This document shows positions 39,028 through 53,200 of a DNA stretch of 64,000 nucleotides, in pieces. The DNA is from Mobula hypostoma. Lineage: Eukaryota. The position numbers were made by a program, and so were the translations under genes. The notes under the pieces are model-generated. The model was not told the DNA's origin. It saw only the letters and a program-made list of their open reading frames with translations, and ran no database searches. The first letter of the stretch is position 1, and each line of letters opens with the position of its first letter. The stretch is from positions 216,072,001-216,136,000 of the forward strand of contig NC_086097.1 of the NCBI RefSeq assembly GCF_963921235.1, given 5' to 3'.

Positions 39028-40208
39028 AAGCAACACACATCAAAGTTGCTGGTGAACGCAGCAGGCCAAGCAGCATCTGTAGGAAAAGGTGCAGTCGACG
39101 TTTCAGGCCGAGACCCTTCGTCAGGACTAACTGAAGGAAGAGTGAGTAAGGGATTTGAAAGTTGGAGGGGGAGGGGGAGATGCAAAATGATAGGAGAAGA
39201 CAGGAGGGGGAGGGATAGAGCCGAGAGCTGGACAGGTGATAGGCAAAAGGGGATACGAGAGGATCATGGGACAGGAGGTCCGGGAAGAAAGACAAAGGGG
39301 GGGGGGGGAAAGAGACCCAGAGGATGGGCAAGAGGTATATTCAGAGGGACAGAGGGAGAAAAAGGAGAGTGAGAGAAAGAATGTGTGCATAAAAATGAGT
39401 AACAGATGGGGTACGAGGGGGAGGTGGGGCCCTAGCGGAAGTTAGAGAAGTCGATGTTCATGCCATCAGGTTGGAGGCTACCCAGACGGAATATAAGGTG
39501 TTGTTCCTCCAACCTGAGTGTGGCTTCATCTTTACAGTAGAGGAGGCCGTGGATAGACATGTCAGAATGGGAATGGGATGTGGAATTAAAATGTGTGGCC
39601 ACTGGGAGATCCTGCTTTCTCTGGCGGACAGAGCGTAGATGTTCAGCAAAGCGGTCTCCCAGTCTGCATCGGGTCTCGCCAATATATAAAAGGCCACATC
39701 GGGAGCACCGGACGCAGTATATCACCCCAGTCGACTCACAGGTGAAGTGTTGCCTCACCTGGAAGGACTGTTTGGGGTCCTGAAGGGTGGTAAGGGAGGA
39801 AGTGTAAGGGCATGTGTAGCACTTGTTCTGCTTACACAGATAAGTGCCAGGAGGGAGATCAGTGGGGAGGGATGGGGGGGACGAATGGACAAGGGAGTTG
39901 TGTAGGGAGCGATCCCTGCAGAATGCAGAGAGACGGGGGGGGAGGGAAAGATGTGCTTAGTGGTGGGATCCCGTTGGAGGTGGCGGAAGTTACGGAGAAT
40001 AATATGTTGGACCCGGAGGCTGGTGGGGTGGTAGGTGAGGACCAGGGGAACCCTATTCCTAGTGGGGTGGCGGGAGGATGGAGTGAGAGCAGATGTACGT
40101 GAAATGGGGGAGATGCGTTTAAGAGCAGAGTTGATAGTGGAGGAAGGGAAGCCCCTTTCTTTAAAAAAGGAAGACATCTCCCTCGTCCTAGAATGAAAAG
40201 CCTCATCC
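39028..40208 (-). mobile_element. Young Penelope-like element (GIY-YIG endonuclease + terminus)
   Basis: ORF 39432-39758 GVIYCVRCSRCGLLYIGET...RFAEH; highly similar to 29682-30900. Confidence 0.95.
39092..39133 (-). ncRNA. Minimal type-I hammerhead ribozyme motif
   Basis: Minus strand tagtc-CTGACGA-agg gtctcgg cct-GAAA-cg-TC-gactg. Confidence 0.78.
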
Positions 40209-41459
40209 AGAAATCTTACAAGTTATTGCAAAACCAGAAGTTCACTGTCATAATTGTTGTAATATGATAATGAATTAGTCACTTTTTGCCCAATTCATTT
40301 CCTTACCTTTACTGAAGTTGGCAATACTTATCCATAGCCTCTTCTTGTTACTTATCACAGCTGTTCTTAAAAGAGAGTGTATTTGTTTTTAATTTAATTA
40401 TTCAAAGGTCAGAACAGTTTTGAGAGCAATTAAAATAATTAAGATTGATTTGACCAAATGCTACATCTCATATTAACTGATGATAGTAATTGAAACTCAA
40501 AATCTCGTTTCTTCAATTTTCTGCTTGCATAAAACAAAAGCAGCAAACATATCAGTTTGCCCTATTAAAGAGGAAATATTTTATTTATACCAGCGAAGTT
40601 CAGAAAAACAGGCCAGTGTCAGACCTAACAACTAGACTGAAACAAGACAACTGTCTCATGGTACACTTATTGAAAGGGGAAGCTAACCAGGACTAGCATG
40701 GAGCCACAATCATCTGGGGCATGTAAGGATTTAGAAATGGACGAGTTTGTACATTTTTCTTCTTTCTTAAGCCCATCACCCTCTACTAGGTCATATTCTT
40801 CCAACAGCAGCTATCTAGTGTTTTCTGTCCAGAGTCCATCTTTCAAATTGTCCCCAGGTGTAGCCCAACTTCTTCCAGGTGAAGATACCTCCTCTCCCAG
40901 GATGAGGTCTTTGGAGCTTCTGTTGGCATTTCTATAGCTCTGGGTTTTTACAGGATGGGGTTGCTAGCCCCATGGCCTACCCTTCTCGTTTTGCAAACGA
41001 GCTTGAGACCATGCTTGACAGAGTTCACTTTGTGCATCGATACTCATAATTGGGTAGAACAGGTAGTGAAAGAGTCAGTGCAATCAAAGTAATGATTGCC
41101 ACAAAAGCCTCAATCAATCCCTTAACAGAGTATAAAGATAGAAATTCCAAGAGAATCAGACCGTGAACTGTCAGTTGTCCGTCCAATCTGAGGCTTCAAT
41201 GATCTGGATTCAACAATAACCTCAGATGCTACCTATGAGGTCTATTTTGAGAGATAATGAAGTTACAGAGGCATTAAAGAGAGTAAGCATAGACCCAATA
41301 GATCAAATGTTTTCTTCCTGTGTCATAAAAATAATATAAAAGTAATTGAACTTCTTCAAACCTTTGAGTAATCTATAACTCAAAAGGGAAACTTACTAAT
41401 AATGGTACAAGATGAAGTATCCCAGTCATATTGTGCAATGGGATAGGTGAGCTATTTTT

Positions 41460-42285
41460 TTAGATTAGATTAGATTAGATTCAACTTTATTGTCATTGTG
41501 CCGAGTACAGATACAAAGCCAATGAAATGCAATTAGCATCTAACCAAAAGTGCAAAAGAATAGTATTATTTACAAAATAACTGTGAATAAAAAGTGCTAC
41601 AGCATACAAATATAAAAGTACTGAGACAGTACAATATGGGTGCAATACTGCTTAGTGCTGTGATGTGAGGTTCAGCAGGGTCACAGCCTCAGGGAAGAAG
41701 CTCTTCCTGTGCCTGCTGGTGCAGGAGTGGAGGCTTCTGCAGCATCTACCGGACGGGAGGAGAGTGAAAGGTCCATGGTTAGGGTGATGCAACCTTGATA
41801 ATGCTTTTCGTCCTGCCCAGGCAGCGTTTATGGTAGATGTTTTCAATGGTGGGCAATTGGGTGTCAATAATCTGCTGGGCAGTTTTCACCACACACTGCG
41901 GTCTGATATGGGACAATTGCCATAGCACACTGAGATGTAGTTGGTGAGTATGCTCTCAATGGCACAGCGGTAAAAGTCCGTCAGTATCCTGGGACAGAGG
42001 TGAGCTTTCTTGATGCTCCGCAGGAAATAAAGGCGCTGTTGCACCTTTTTGATCAGGATGAAGGAGTTCAGGGACCAGGTGAGATCATCGGAAATGTGGA
42101 CACCAAGGAATTTGAAGCTTGATACATGCTCCCCTATAGCTCCGTTGATGTAAATGGGGACATGAGTATGGCTCCTAGCATGCCTGAAGTCCACAATGAT
42201 CTCCTTGGTCTTCTGGGAGTTAATGGCCAGGTTGTTATTGGCACACCACGTGGCCAGGTGCTGGACCTGGTCCCCGTAGGTTATT
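41460..42285 (-). mobile_element. Rex1/Babar LINE 3' fragment
   Basis: FKFLGVHISDDLTWS...QQRLYFLR (ORF 41886-42194); (TCTAA)n tail. Confidence 0.9.
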
Positions 42286-43059
42286 TGAACACTGGTCCAG
42301 ATTGCCTGCGGGCTTCTCTGAGATGCTACCGCTGCTGAAATTTCTGGGCCCGTTTAACACCATTACCTATTTCTTATTGACCAATGTTCAAACTGTCCAT
42401 CAGGAATCCTGTATCTGAATTGAGTAATTTTCTGCGTAAAACACGTTCTATTCAAAGGGGAGAAGCTCTCAGGTTGACGGAAGTTGTAACATGCCCACCA
42501 CTAGGAGAATTTATTTGAGATTAATGTTCAGTACAATACAATGTCGACCTCTTTCCTTCCATATGTCTCTGGAGGTGTCGATAGAGGAAGAGAAAGCAGG
42601 AAGTACAGTACATAAACAAAGTCATACTTATGCCGTAATGAAAGATATAGCTCTCAAGATCAAAACTGCCAACATGACTTTACTCTCGAAAGAGGTCTAA
42701 AGGCTCAAAACTGCAAACCTTCACCTCAGCTACAGCAATAGCAAATGAGAATATCCTTTCATCCTATCTACCTAGAATACTCTTACAACAGATTCACAAT
42801 GCAACACAAATATATTGTCGTATTCTAATCAAACATATCAAGTTCCTCTTTATTCTTGTCTCACACATGACATTTCTTTCAAAACATATCTCTCTATCCT
42901 GCTTCTTCTATTCATATAACATTGTATAACCTCCTTCAGAAGTTCCTCAGGATTGAAAATAAATAATCAAAATTCTACACCTTTTTACCTACAGTGAGTA
43001 TATCACCCCCTTCTTTTGCAAATTGAGATGAAATTAGAAGTATTCACTAAAGCCACAGC

Positions 43060-44015
43060 CAAAGTTTCAAAGTGCATTTATCATCAAAGAATGTATAAAT
43101 TATATAACCTTGAAATGTGGTTGCTTACAGGCAGTTGCAAAGGAAGGAACTCAAAAGAAACCAATTTTAAAAATTCACCAATGCCCACAGAAAAAAAGAA
43201 AAAAAATCATATAAACAATAGAAGCAAGCAGCAACAAGAGTATATTGAACCATATTGAGTCCTCAGATCCAAATCCCCGGAGCGTCCCAGAGAAGGCCCA
43301 AATCTTCAGTATTCAGTTCATATTAGCAAGGCAAATTGCCATAGTTTGCAGACATGAAGCACAGTAGCCAGGGGCAACGCAGAGCTTAACTGAATTGAAT
43401 TAACTTGATTACCTACATCCTTCATGTGCATGAGGAGTAAAAATCTTTACGTTATGTCTCCGTTCAAATGTACAATTATAGGAATTTATAATAAATATTA
43501 TGTACAAGATAGTCAATATAACATAGGATTACAGTTGTGTCAGCATGAATTCAGCAGACCGATGGCCTGGTGGAAGAAGCTGTAGCATCTCCGAGAGAGA
43601 AGCCCCCAGACCATCTGGACCAGCGTTCAAATTGTCCGAACCTCACACTTGACCCAGGACCGCGACGAATCGTCCTGGGCCGAGACTTCACTGCCAGAGA
43701 AACCATTCTTGACCTCTCCAAATTGGCTCAGCACCCAGAGAGATCCTGCCTCGTCCAACTCTCAACATCCTGCATTTCCAGTCTACATGGGCCAGCATTT
43801 AGATTGTACAAATAGCAGACTGTTTCTCACTTTAGGACCTTGGTCTCGCCATGGCAAGTCGCTCGGGGTCTTGAATACGCCAACTACTGATTCACTTCAG
43901 ACCTGGATTTCACTGCCAAAGAAGCCATTCTTGACCTCTCCAATTCAACATGGCATTTAGAACAATCCACCCTCATACCCAGGTTAGTTGGACGGACATC
44001 GGAACTCCTCTGTCT
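43060..44015 (-). mobile_element. Unclassified non-autonomous repeat(s) with internal direct repeat
   Basis: LINE-like tail at ~43064; nested Rex1-type 3' end ~43390-43585; 35-bp repeat at 43687 and 43909. Confidence 0.4.
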
Positions 44016-44019
44016 CGTC

Positions 44020-44365
44020 TTAGAAAGCCTACAGCACGATACAGGCCCTTCGACCCACAAAGCTGTGCCGAACATGTCCTTACCTTAGAAATTACCTAAG
44101 GTGACTCACAGCCCTCTATTTTTCTAAGCTCCATGTACCTATCCAGGAGCCTCTTAAAAGACCCTATTGTATCTGCCTCCATTGCTGTCGCCGGCTCCCA
44201 TTCCACGCACTCACGACTCTCTGCGTAAAATGTTGCACCTGACATTTCCTCTGTACCTACTTCCAAGCACCTTAAACCTGTGCCCTCTTGTGCTAGCCAC
44301 TTCAGCCCCGAGAAAAAGCCTCTGACTATCCACACGATCAATGCCTCTCATCATCTTATACACCT
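44020..44365 (-). mobile_element. CR1 3' fragment
   Basis: ORF 44096-44341 ending SFKRLLDRYM. Confidence 0.8.
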
Positions 44366-44944
44366 CTTCTCTTTTCCACATTGTTCACTCCGACCAGCAT
44401 TGCTCCAACTCTAAGTGCGTCAATTTTGCAGTGCACCAGCTGGGTACATTCTGCAAATTCTCTTTGCCTTTGCTCACTTCTTCATCGCTTGCAGAGATAG
44501 TTTACAATTTACTTCAAAAAATGTTATTAATAATTGTTTTAATCAAAACTATCAACAACAAAATGAGTCAAATGAAGGGTCTTGGCCAGAAACGTCGATT
44601 GTTTACCCTTTTCCATAGATGCTTCCTGACCTGCTGAGTTCTTCCAGCATTGTGTGTGTGTTACTCCTTCTTAAGTTTTCTGGAGCTTAATAATCTTTTC
44701 AATGTCTACATTTCTTTTGCTGATCCAGCATCATACTTTAAGCAAAGTTCACAGTCTCAATGCACACCAACTTTTGGATTCATGAACACATCCCCAATAC
44801 ATTTAAAAGAATTGCAAAGCTGGAGTGACTTTCATAATAAGAGCATTCTGTCTGCCTAAAAATGCAACAGGAACAAAAGTTCCAATAGAAACTAAGGAGG
44901 ACCAGAAATTACTGTAATTTGAAGGCTGTCTTAATCACCAGCAC

Positions 44945-45320
44945 AGAGTCATAGTCATCCAACACTACAGCACAGAAACAGACCCTTCGGCACATGGCGA
45001 AACATTAATCTGCCTAATCCCATCAACCTGCACCCAGACCACAGCCCGCCATACCCCTCCCATCCGTGTACCTATCCAACTATCTCTTAAATGCTGAAAT
45101 TGGCCTTGCATCCACCACTTCCGCTGGTAGCTCATTCCACACTCGCACCATCCTCCGAGTGAAGAAGTTCACCCTCATGCTCCTATAAACATTTCACCTT
45201 GCACCCTTAACCCATGACATCCAGTTCTAGGCTCACCCAACCCTAATGGAAAAAGCTTGCTTTACTCTATCTATACCCATCATAATTTTGTATACCTCTT
45301 TCAAATCTCCCCTTAATCTT
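44945..45320 (-). mobile_element. CR1 3' fragment
   Basis: catagtcat tail and LRGDLKEVYKIM motif. Confidence 0.8.
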
Positions 45321-45979
45321 ATATAACCATAGAACCATATAACATTTACAGCACAGAAACAGGCCATCTTGGCCCTTCTAGTCCATGCCGAACTCTTACC
45401 CTCTCCTATTCCCACCGACTTGCACTCAGCCCATAACCCTCCATTCCTTTCCTGTCCATATAGCTATCCAATTTAACTTTAAACGACAACATCGAACCTG
45501 CCTCAACCACTTCTGCTGGAAGCTCGTTCCACACAGCTACCACTCTCTGAGTAAAGAAGTTCCCCCTCATGTTACCCCTAAACTATTGTCCTCTAATTCT
45601 CAACCCATGCCCTCTTGTTTGAATCTTCCCCACTCTCAATGGAAAAAGTCTACCATGTCCACTCTATCAATACCCCTCAAAATTTTAAACACCTCTATCA
45701 AGTCTCCCCTCAACCTTCTACACTGCAAAGAATAAAGACCTAACTTGTTCAACCTTTCTCTGTAACTTAGGAGATGAAACCCAGGCAACATTTTAGTAAA
45801 CCTCCTCTGTACTCTCTCAATTTTATTGACATCCTTCCTATAATTCGGTGACCAGAACTGTGCACAATACTCCAGATTTGGCCTTACCAATGCCTCATAC
45901 AAATTCAACATTACATCCCAACTCCTATACTCAATGCTCTGATTAATAAAGGCCAGCAAACCAAAAGTTTTCTTCACTA

Positions 45980-46839
45980 TGTGACGAGAATACACATAAA
46001 TTAAGATGTTTGCTGGCCTGGGCTAGCACCAGTGGCATCAGCAGTTGGTCTGCCACCTGTCCTCAGGGGAGGGAGAGATAAGGAACACAATGAAGCAGCA
46101 TTTGGAGATGTTAATGAAGAAGCCAACAGTCTGGGTATTGTCAAGATCGGCTCCCCCTTTGAACCCTGAACGGTTTGAAGTGTGATGGACAGGCGATACC
46201 CCAGCAGGGGGATAAAAAGGGACAGGTTCGCTAAGGCAAGACACACACAACACCACAAGGTAACGAGACCCTGGAAGCAGTGCCCCCCCCCCACAAGTCG
46301 GCGGGAGTCGTTTGGAAGGCTGGTTGCGGAACCAAGCCATAGACGCACAGGGTGGAAAGGTACGATCAGCGGGAACCCGGTGTGCGTCCACAGTTCGACC
46401 GCATCTGGAGGAGGGGTCACAATCGGTGACCTCAAGTGACATCACAAAGGACTCGCCCGAAAGCTGCTTTTGAGTAATATCGCAGGTCTGTGTGTGGAAG
46501 CCGTTTTGAATGATCATTCGTTCTTGTTCTCTCTCTCCTTCCCCCCACATTGTCCATCGCCACGGCAACGATTACTGCGAACTGAGCTAAATTGGACTGA
46601 ACTTTGCGTCACTTTGAAATTGGTCATTTACCCCTAGACAACGATAGAGCTTGATTGATCCTGTTATCTTAATTCTGTGCACATGTGTGTTTATCATTGC
46701 TAAACTGTTGCATTTATTATCCTTTCGATTACTGTGTTGCTTGTTTCTTTAATAAAACTTTCTTAGTTCTAGTAATCCAGACTCCAACTGAGTGATCCAT
46801 TTCTGCTGGTTTGGCAACCCAGTTACGGGGTACGTAACA
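45980..46839 (+). mobile_element. Solo LTR (Gypsy-like), 860 bp
   Basis: TGTGACG...CGTAACA termini; flanks ACTA/ACTG (4-bp TSD, one mismatch); TATA-like GATAAAAG ~46212; AATAAA 46751. Confidence 0.85.
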
Positions 46840-47757
46840 ACTGCCCCATCCACATGAGATTCCATCTTCAGGGAACTATGCACCATTATTCCTAGATCCC
46901 TCTGTTCTAAAGCATTCTTTAATGCCCTACCTTTTACCATGTATGTCCTATTTTGATTAGTTCTACCAAAATGTAGCACCTCACGTTTTTCAGCATTAAA
47001 CTCCATCTGCCATCTTTCAGCCCACTCTTCTAACTGTCCTAAATCTCTCTGCAAGTTTTGAAAACTTACCTCATCATCCACAACACCACCTATCTTAGTA
47101 TCATCTGCATACTTACTAATCCAATTTACCACCCCATCATCTAGATCATTAATATATATACAAACAACACTGGACACAGTACAGATCCTTGAGGCACACC
47201 GCTATATACCGTCCTCCAATTTGACACACAGTTATCCACCACTACTCTCTGGCGTCTCCCATCCAGCCACTGCTGAATCTATTTTACTACTTCAATATTA
47301 ATACCTAACGATTGAACCTTCCTAACCAACCTTCCATGTGGAACCTTGTCAAGGCCTTACTGAAGTCAACTTTCTTAGTAACCTCATCAAAAAATTCAAT
47401 AAGATTTGTCAAACATGACCTTTCACGCACAAATCCATGTTGACTGTTCCTAATCAGACCCTATCTATCCAGAAAATTACATATACCATCTCTAAGAATA
47501 CTTTCCATCAATTTACCCACCACTGACATCAAATTCACAGGCCAATAACTGGCAGGTTTACTCTTAGAACCCTTTTTAAACAATGGAACCACATGAACAA
47601 TACACCAATCCTCCGGCACCATTCCCGTTTCTAATGACATTTGAAATATTTCTGTCAGAGCCCCTGTTATTTCTACACTAACTTCCCTCAAAGTCCTAGG
47701 GAATATCTTGTCCGGACCCGGAGACTTATCCACTTTTATATTCCTTAAAAGTGTCAG

Positions 47758-49818
47758 TAGAAACATAGAAACATAGAAAATAGGTGCAGGAGTAGGCCAT
47801 TCGGCCCTTCGAGCCTGCACCGCCATTTATTATGATCATGGCTGATCATCCAACTCAGAACCCCACCCCAGCCTTCCCTCCGTACCCCCTGACCCCCGTA
47901 GCCACAAGGGCCATATCTAACTCTCTCTTAAATATAGCCAATGAACTGGCCTCAACTGTTTCCTGTGGCAGAGAATTCCACAAATTCACCACTCTCTGTG
48001 TGAAGAAGTTTTTCCTAATCGCGGTCCTAAAAGGCTCCCCCTCTATCCTCAAACTGTGGCCCCTCGTTCTGGACTTCCCCAACATCGGGAACAATCTTCC
48101 TGCATCTAGCCTCTCCAATCCCTTTAGGATTTTATACGTTTCAATCAGATACCCCCTCAATCTCCTAAATTCCAACGAGTACAAGCCCAGTTCATCCAGT
48201 CTTTCTTCATATGAAAGTCCTGCCATCCCAGGAATCAATCTGGTGAACCTTCTTTGTACTCCCTCTATGGCAAGGATGTCTTTCCTCAGATTAGGGGACC
48301 AAAACTGCACACAATACTCCAGGTGTAGTCTCACCAAGGCCTTGTACAACTGCAGTAGTACCTCCCTGCTCCTGTACTCGAATCCTCTCGCTATAAATGC
48401 CAGCATACCATTCGCCTTTTTCACCGCCTGCTGTACCTGCACGCCCACTTTCAATGACTGGTGTATAATGACACCCAGGTCTCGTTGCACCTCCCTTTTT
48501 CCTAATCGGCCACCATTCAGATAATAATCTGTTTTCCTATTTTTGCCACCAAAGTGGATAACTTCACATTTATCCACATTAAATTGCATCTGCCATGAAT
48601 TTGCCCACTCACCCAACCTATCCAAGTCACCCTGCATCCTCTTAGCATCCTCCTCACTGCTAACACTGCCACCCAGCTTCGTGTCATCCGCAAACTTGGA
48701 GATGCTGCATTTAATTCCCTCATCCAAGTCATTAATATATATTGTAAACAACTGGGGTCCCAGCACTGAGCCTTGCGGTACCCCACTAGTCACCGCCTGC
48801 CATTCTGAAAAGGTCCCGTTTATTCCCACTCTTTGCTTCCTGTCTGCTAACCAATTCTCCACCCACACCAATACCTTACCCCCAATACCGTGTGCTTTAA
48901 GTTTGCACACTAATCTCCTGTGTGGGACCTTGTCAAAAGCCTTTTGAAAATCCAAATATACCACATCCACTGGTTCTCCCCTATCCACTCTACTAGTTAC
49001 ATCCTCAAAAAATTCTATGAGATTCGTCAGACATGATTTTCCTTTCACAAATCCATGCTGACTTTGTCCGATCATATCACCGCTTTCCAAATGTGCTGTT
49101 ATCACATCCTTGATAACTGACTCCAGCAGTTTCCCCACCACCGACGTTAGGCTAACCAGTCTATAATGCCCCGGTTTCTCTCTCCCTCCTTTTTTAAAAA
49201 GTGGAGTTACATTAGCCACCCTCCAATCCTCAGGAACTAGTCCAGAATCTAACGAGTTTTGAAAAATTATCACTAATGCATCCACTATTTCTTGGGCTAC
49301 TTCCTTAAGCACTCTAGGATGCAGACCATCTGGCCCTGGGGATTTATCTGCCTTCAATCCCTTCAATTTACCTAACACCACTTCCCTACTAACAAGTATT
49401 TCGCTCAGTTCCTCCATCTCACTGGACCCTCTGTCCCCTACTATTTCTGGAAGATTATTTATGTCCTCCTTAGTGAAGACAGAACCAAAGTAATTATTCA
49501 ATTGGTCTGCCATGTCCTTGCTCCCCATAATCAATTCACCTGTTTCTGTCTGTAGGGGACCTACATTTGTCTTTACCAGTCTTTTCCTTTTTACATATCT
49601 ATAAAAGCTTTTACAGTCAGTTTTTATGTTCCCTGCCAGTTTTCTCTCATAATCTTTTTTCCCCTTCCTACTTAAGCCCTTTGTCCTCCTCTGCTGAACT
49701 CTGAATTTCTCCCAGTCCTCAGGTGAGCCACTTTCTCTGGCTAATTTGTATGCTTCTTCTTTGCAATTGATACTATCCCTAATTTCTCTTGTCAGCCACA
49801 GGTGCACTACCTTCCTTG
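47758..49818 (-). mobile_element. Young CR1 with uninterrupted 650-aa ORF2 fragment (RT domain complete, APE missing)
   Basis: ORF 47855-49807; same family as 23311-25460. Confidence 0.97.
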
Positions 49819-50289
49819 ATTTATTCTTTTATCATACTTTCCATAACTACCCTACTTATTTCTTTTACCTTACACAATTCAATATCCTTCTCCTTAGTGA
49901 ATACCGAAGAAAAGAAATTGTTCAAAATCTCCCCCATCTCTTTTGGCTCCGCACATAGCCGTCCACTCTGATTCTCCAAGGGACCAATTTTATCCCTCAC
50001 TATCTTTTTGCCACTAACATAACTGTAGAAACCCTTTGGATTTATTTTCACTTACTTGCTAAAGCAGCCTCTATCTTCTTTTAGCTTTTCTAATTTCTTT
50101 CTTAAGATTCTTTTTACATTCTTTATATTCCTTAAGTACCTCATTAACTCCAAGCTGCCTATATTTATTGAAGATCTCTCTCTTTTTCTGAACCAAGTTT
50201 CTAACATCTCTTGAAAACCATTGCTCTCTCAAACTTTTAACCTTTCCTTTCAACCTAACAGGAACATAAAGATTCTGAACCCTCAAAAT

Positions 50290-53200
50290 CTTCTACATTC
50301 TAGGAAAAAAAGTCTGAATCTATTCAACCTTTCCCAATAACTCAGGTCTTCAAGTCCCTGCAACATCCTTGTAAGTTTTCTCTGCATTGTTTCAATATTA
50401 TTTACATCTTTTCTATAGGAAGGTGAACAAAACTAGACAAATTCAGCCTCATCAAAATCTTATACAATTTCAACATAACATCCCAACTCCTGTACTCAAT
50501 ACATCTATTTATGAAGGACAATGTGCTAAAAGCTTTCTTTACAAACCTATCTACCTGTGATGCTACTTTCAAGGAATTATGGATCTGTATTCCTATATTC
50601 CTCTGTTCTACCACACTCCTCAGTACCCAACAATTCTCAATCTAAGACCTACCCTGATTGTTCCTCCGAATGTGTAACACCTCGCACTTATCTACATTAA
50701 GTTCCATCTGCTCTTATTCAGTCCATTTCACCAGCTGGTCCAGATCCCACTGCAAGCTATGATCATTTTCTTCGCTGTCCACTGCACCCACACATTGTTA
50801 TCATCCACAAATTTGCTGATCCAGTTTACCACATTATCATATAGTTGATACAGATGACAAACAACAATAGGCATAGCACCAATCCCTGCAGCACACGACT
50901 AGTCACAGGCCTCCAGTCAGAAAAGCAACCATCTATTACCATTCTCTCTTGCCTCTGCCACAAAGTCAATTTCTAATCCAATTTACTGCCTCATCTTGAA
51001 TTCCGAGCAACTGAAACTTCTTGATCAACCTTCCATGCAGGACCCTATTCAAGACCTTGCGAAAGTCCAAGTAAACAATATCAATTTCCTTGCCCTCATT
51101 TGCACTTGGGTTTGCACAGTTCGCTGTTCATTGATCCTGTTCTATAGATTTGCTAAGCACGCCTGCAGGAAAAAGAATCTCAGGGTTGTATGCGGTGGCA
51201 TGTATGTACTCTGATAATAAATTTTACTTTGGACTTCTGATCAACTTTCCTAGTAATTTCTTCACGAAATTCTGTAAGATTGGTTAGACCCAACTTACCA
51301 TACACAAATCCATCTTGACTATCCCTAGTAAGTCCTGTCTATTAAAATACTTACAGTATATATCTAATCCCTTAGAATTACTTCCAATAACTTTGCCACT
51401 ACTGATGTCAAGCTCATCACCTTATAATTTCCTGGCATATTCTTAAGAGCCTTTTTTAAACAGCTGGACAACACTAGCTATCCAATCCTCTGGCACATCA
51501 CCCGTGGCTAAAGATGTTTTAAATATCTCTGCTATGGCCCTTGCAATTTCTGCTCTAGTTTCCTGCAGGGTCCAGGGGAACACATTGTCAGTCCCTGGGG
51601 ATTTACCCGCCCTAATTTGCCTCAAGACAGCAAACACTTCTTCCTCTGTAATCTGTATAAGGCCCAAGATCTCACTGCTGCTTTGCCTCACTTCCAAACA
51701 CTCTGCGTCCGTCTCCCAAGTAAATGCAGATGCAAAATATCCATTTAAGATCTCCTCATCTCTTTTGCACCACACATAGATTACCATTCTGATCTTCCAG
51801 AGGACCAGTTTCATCCCTTGCAATCCTTTTACTCTTAATATATCTATAGAATCCCTTAGGATTCTCCTTCACCTTGTCTGTTAGGGCAACATCATGCCTT
51901 CTCTTAGTCCTCCTGATTTCTTTAAGGGTTCTCTTGCATTTCGTATGCTCATCAAGTACCTAATTTGCTCATATCTACCTGTATCTGCTATGCATCCCCT
52001 TTTACTGAACCTAGGCCTCAGTATCTCCCAAAAATCAAGATTCTCTAAACATGTTACCATTTCCTTTTATTCTTTCAAAAACCAATACCAAGGTTTCCTT
52101 AACCCGTTATCCTTTCCTTTTATTCTGATAGGATCATATAATCTCTGTACTCTCAAAATTTCACTTTTGAAGGCCTCCAACTTACCTTTGCCAGAAAACA
52201 ACCTGTTTGATCCACACTTGCCAGATCCTTTTTGATACCATCAAAATTGACCCTTCTCCAATAGGAATCTCATCCTGAGAACCAGACCAATCCTTCTCCA
52301 CAATTACCTTGTAATTAATGGCAGTATGATCAAAGTGTATCCCTACACAAACTTCTGCCAGCTGCCCTAATTCCCAAACAGGAGATCTAGTATCGCACTC
52401 TCTGTAGTTGGGACTTCCATGTACTGATTAAGGAAAAGTTCCTAAACACATTTAACAAATCTTTCCAATCCAGCCCTTTTACAGCATAGTAGTCCCAATC
52501 AATATATGGAAAGTTAAAATCACCTACTATCACAACCTAATGTTTCTTGCAACAGTCTGCATTCCCTACAAATTCGCTCCTCTAAATCCCACAGACTGTT
52601 GGGTGGACTATGCTATAAACCCATTAACGGGGTCATACCCTCCTTATTCCTCAGTTCTACATATAAATACTCACTAGTGAAGCTCTCCAGTCTGTCCTGA
52701 CTGAGCACTACCATGACTTTTTCCCTGACTAGCGAAACCATCCCTCCCCCTTTAATCCCTTCCACCCTCTATCACATCTACGGGAAGCACAAAACTTTGA
52801 GCTGCCAGTCCTGCACCTCCTGCAACCAAGTCTCACTAATGGCCACAGAGTCATAATTCCAAGTACTGATCCATGCCCCAAGTTCATTGGCCTTTCCAAC
52901 AATACTTGTATTGAAATATATGCAGGTGAGAACATTAGTCCCACCACACTTGATCTTTTGATTCCTGACTTTGTCTGAGGTCTTAACAGCAACTTTCTCG
53001 ACAATCACTCCAGCATCTGTTCTAGCACACTGCATCCTATCCTCCTGCAACTCTACTTTAAACCCCGACTAGCAAACATTCCCACTGGAGTATTTGACTG
53101 CCTCAGTTCTGGTGTAAACCTTCCCTTCTGTGCAGGTCCCACATTCCCTGGAAGAGAGCCCAGTTATCCTTAGCCACATGTTAAACAGTATGCTCTTCCT

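Larger units (their letters stand above)
45325..50290 (-). mobile_element. CR1 hosting a solo LTR and a younger CR1
   Basis: Collinear RT pieces 45636-45979, 46840-47757, 49819-50286; tail aaccatagaaccat. Confidence 0.9.

Noticed and set aside
52025..52125. Short tandem duplication
   Set aside because: Ordinary local duplication inside a decayed CR1
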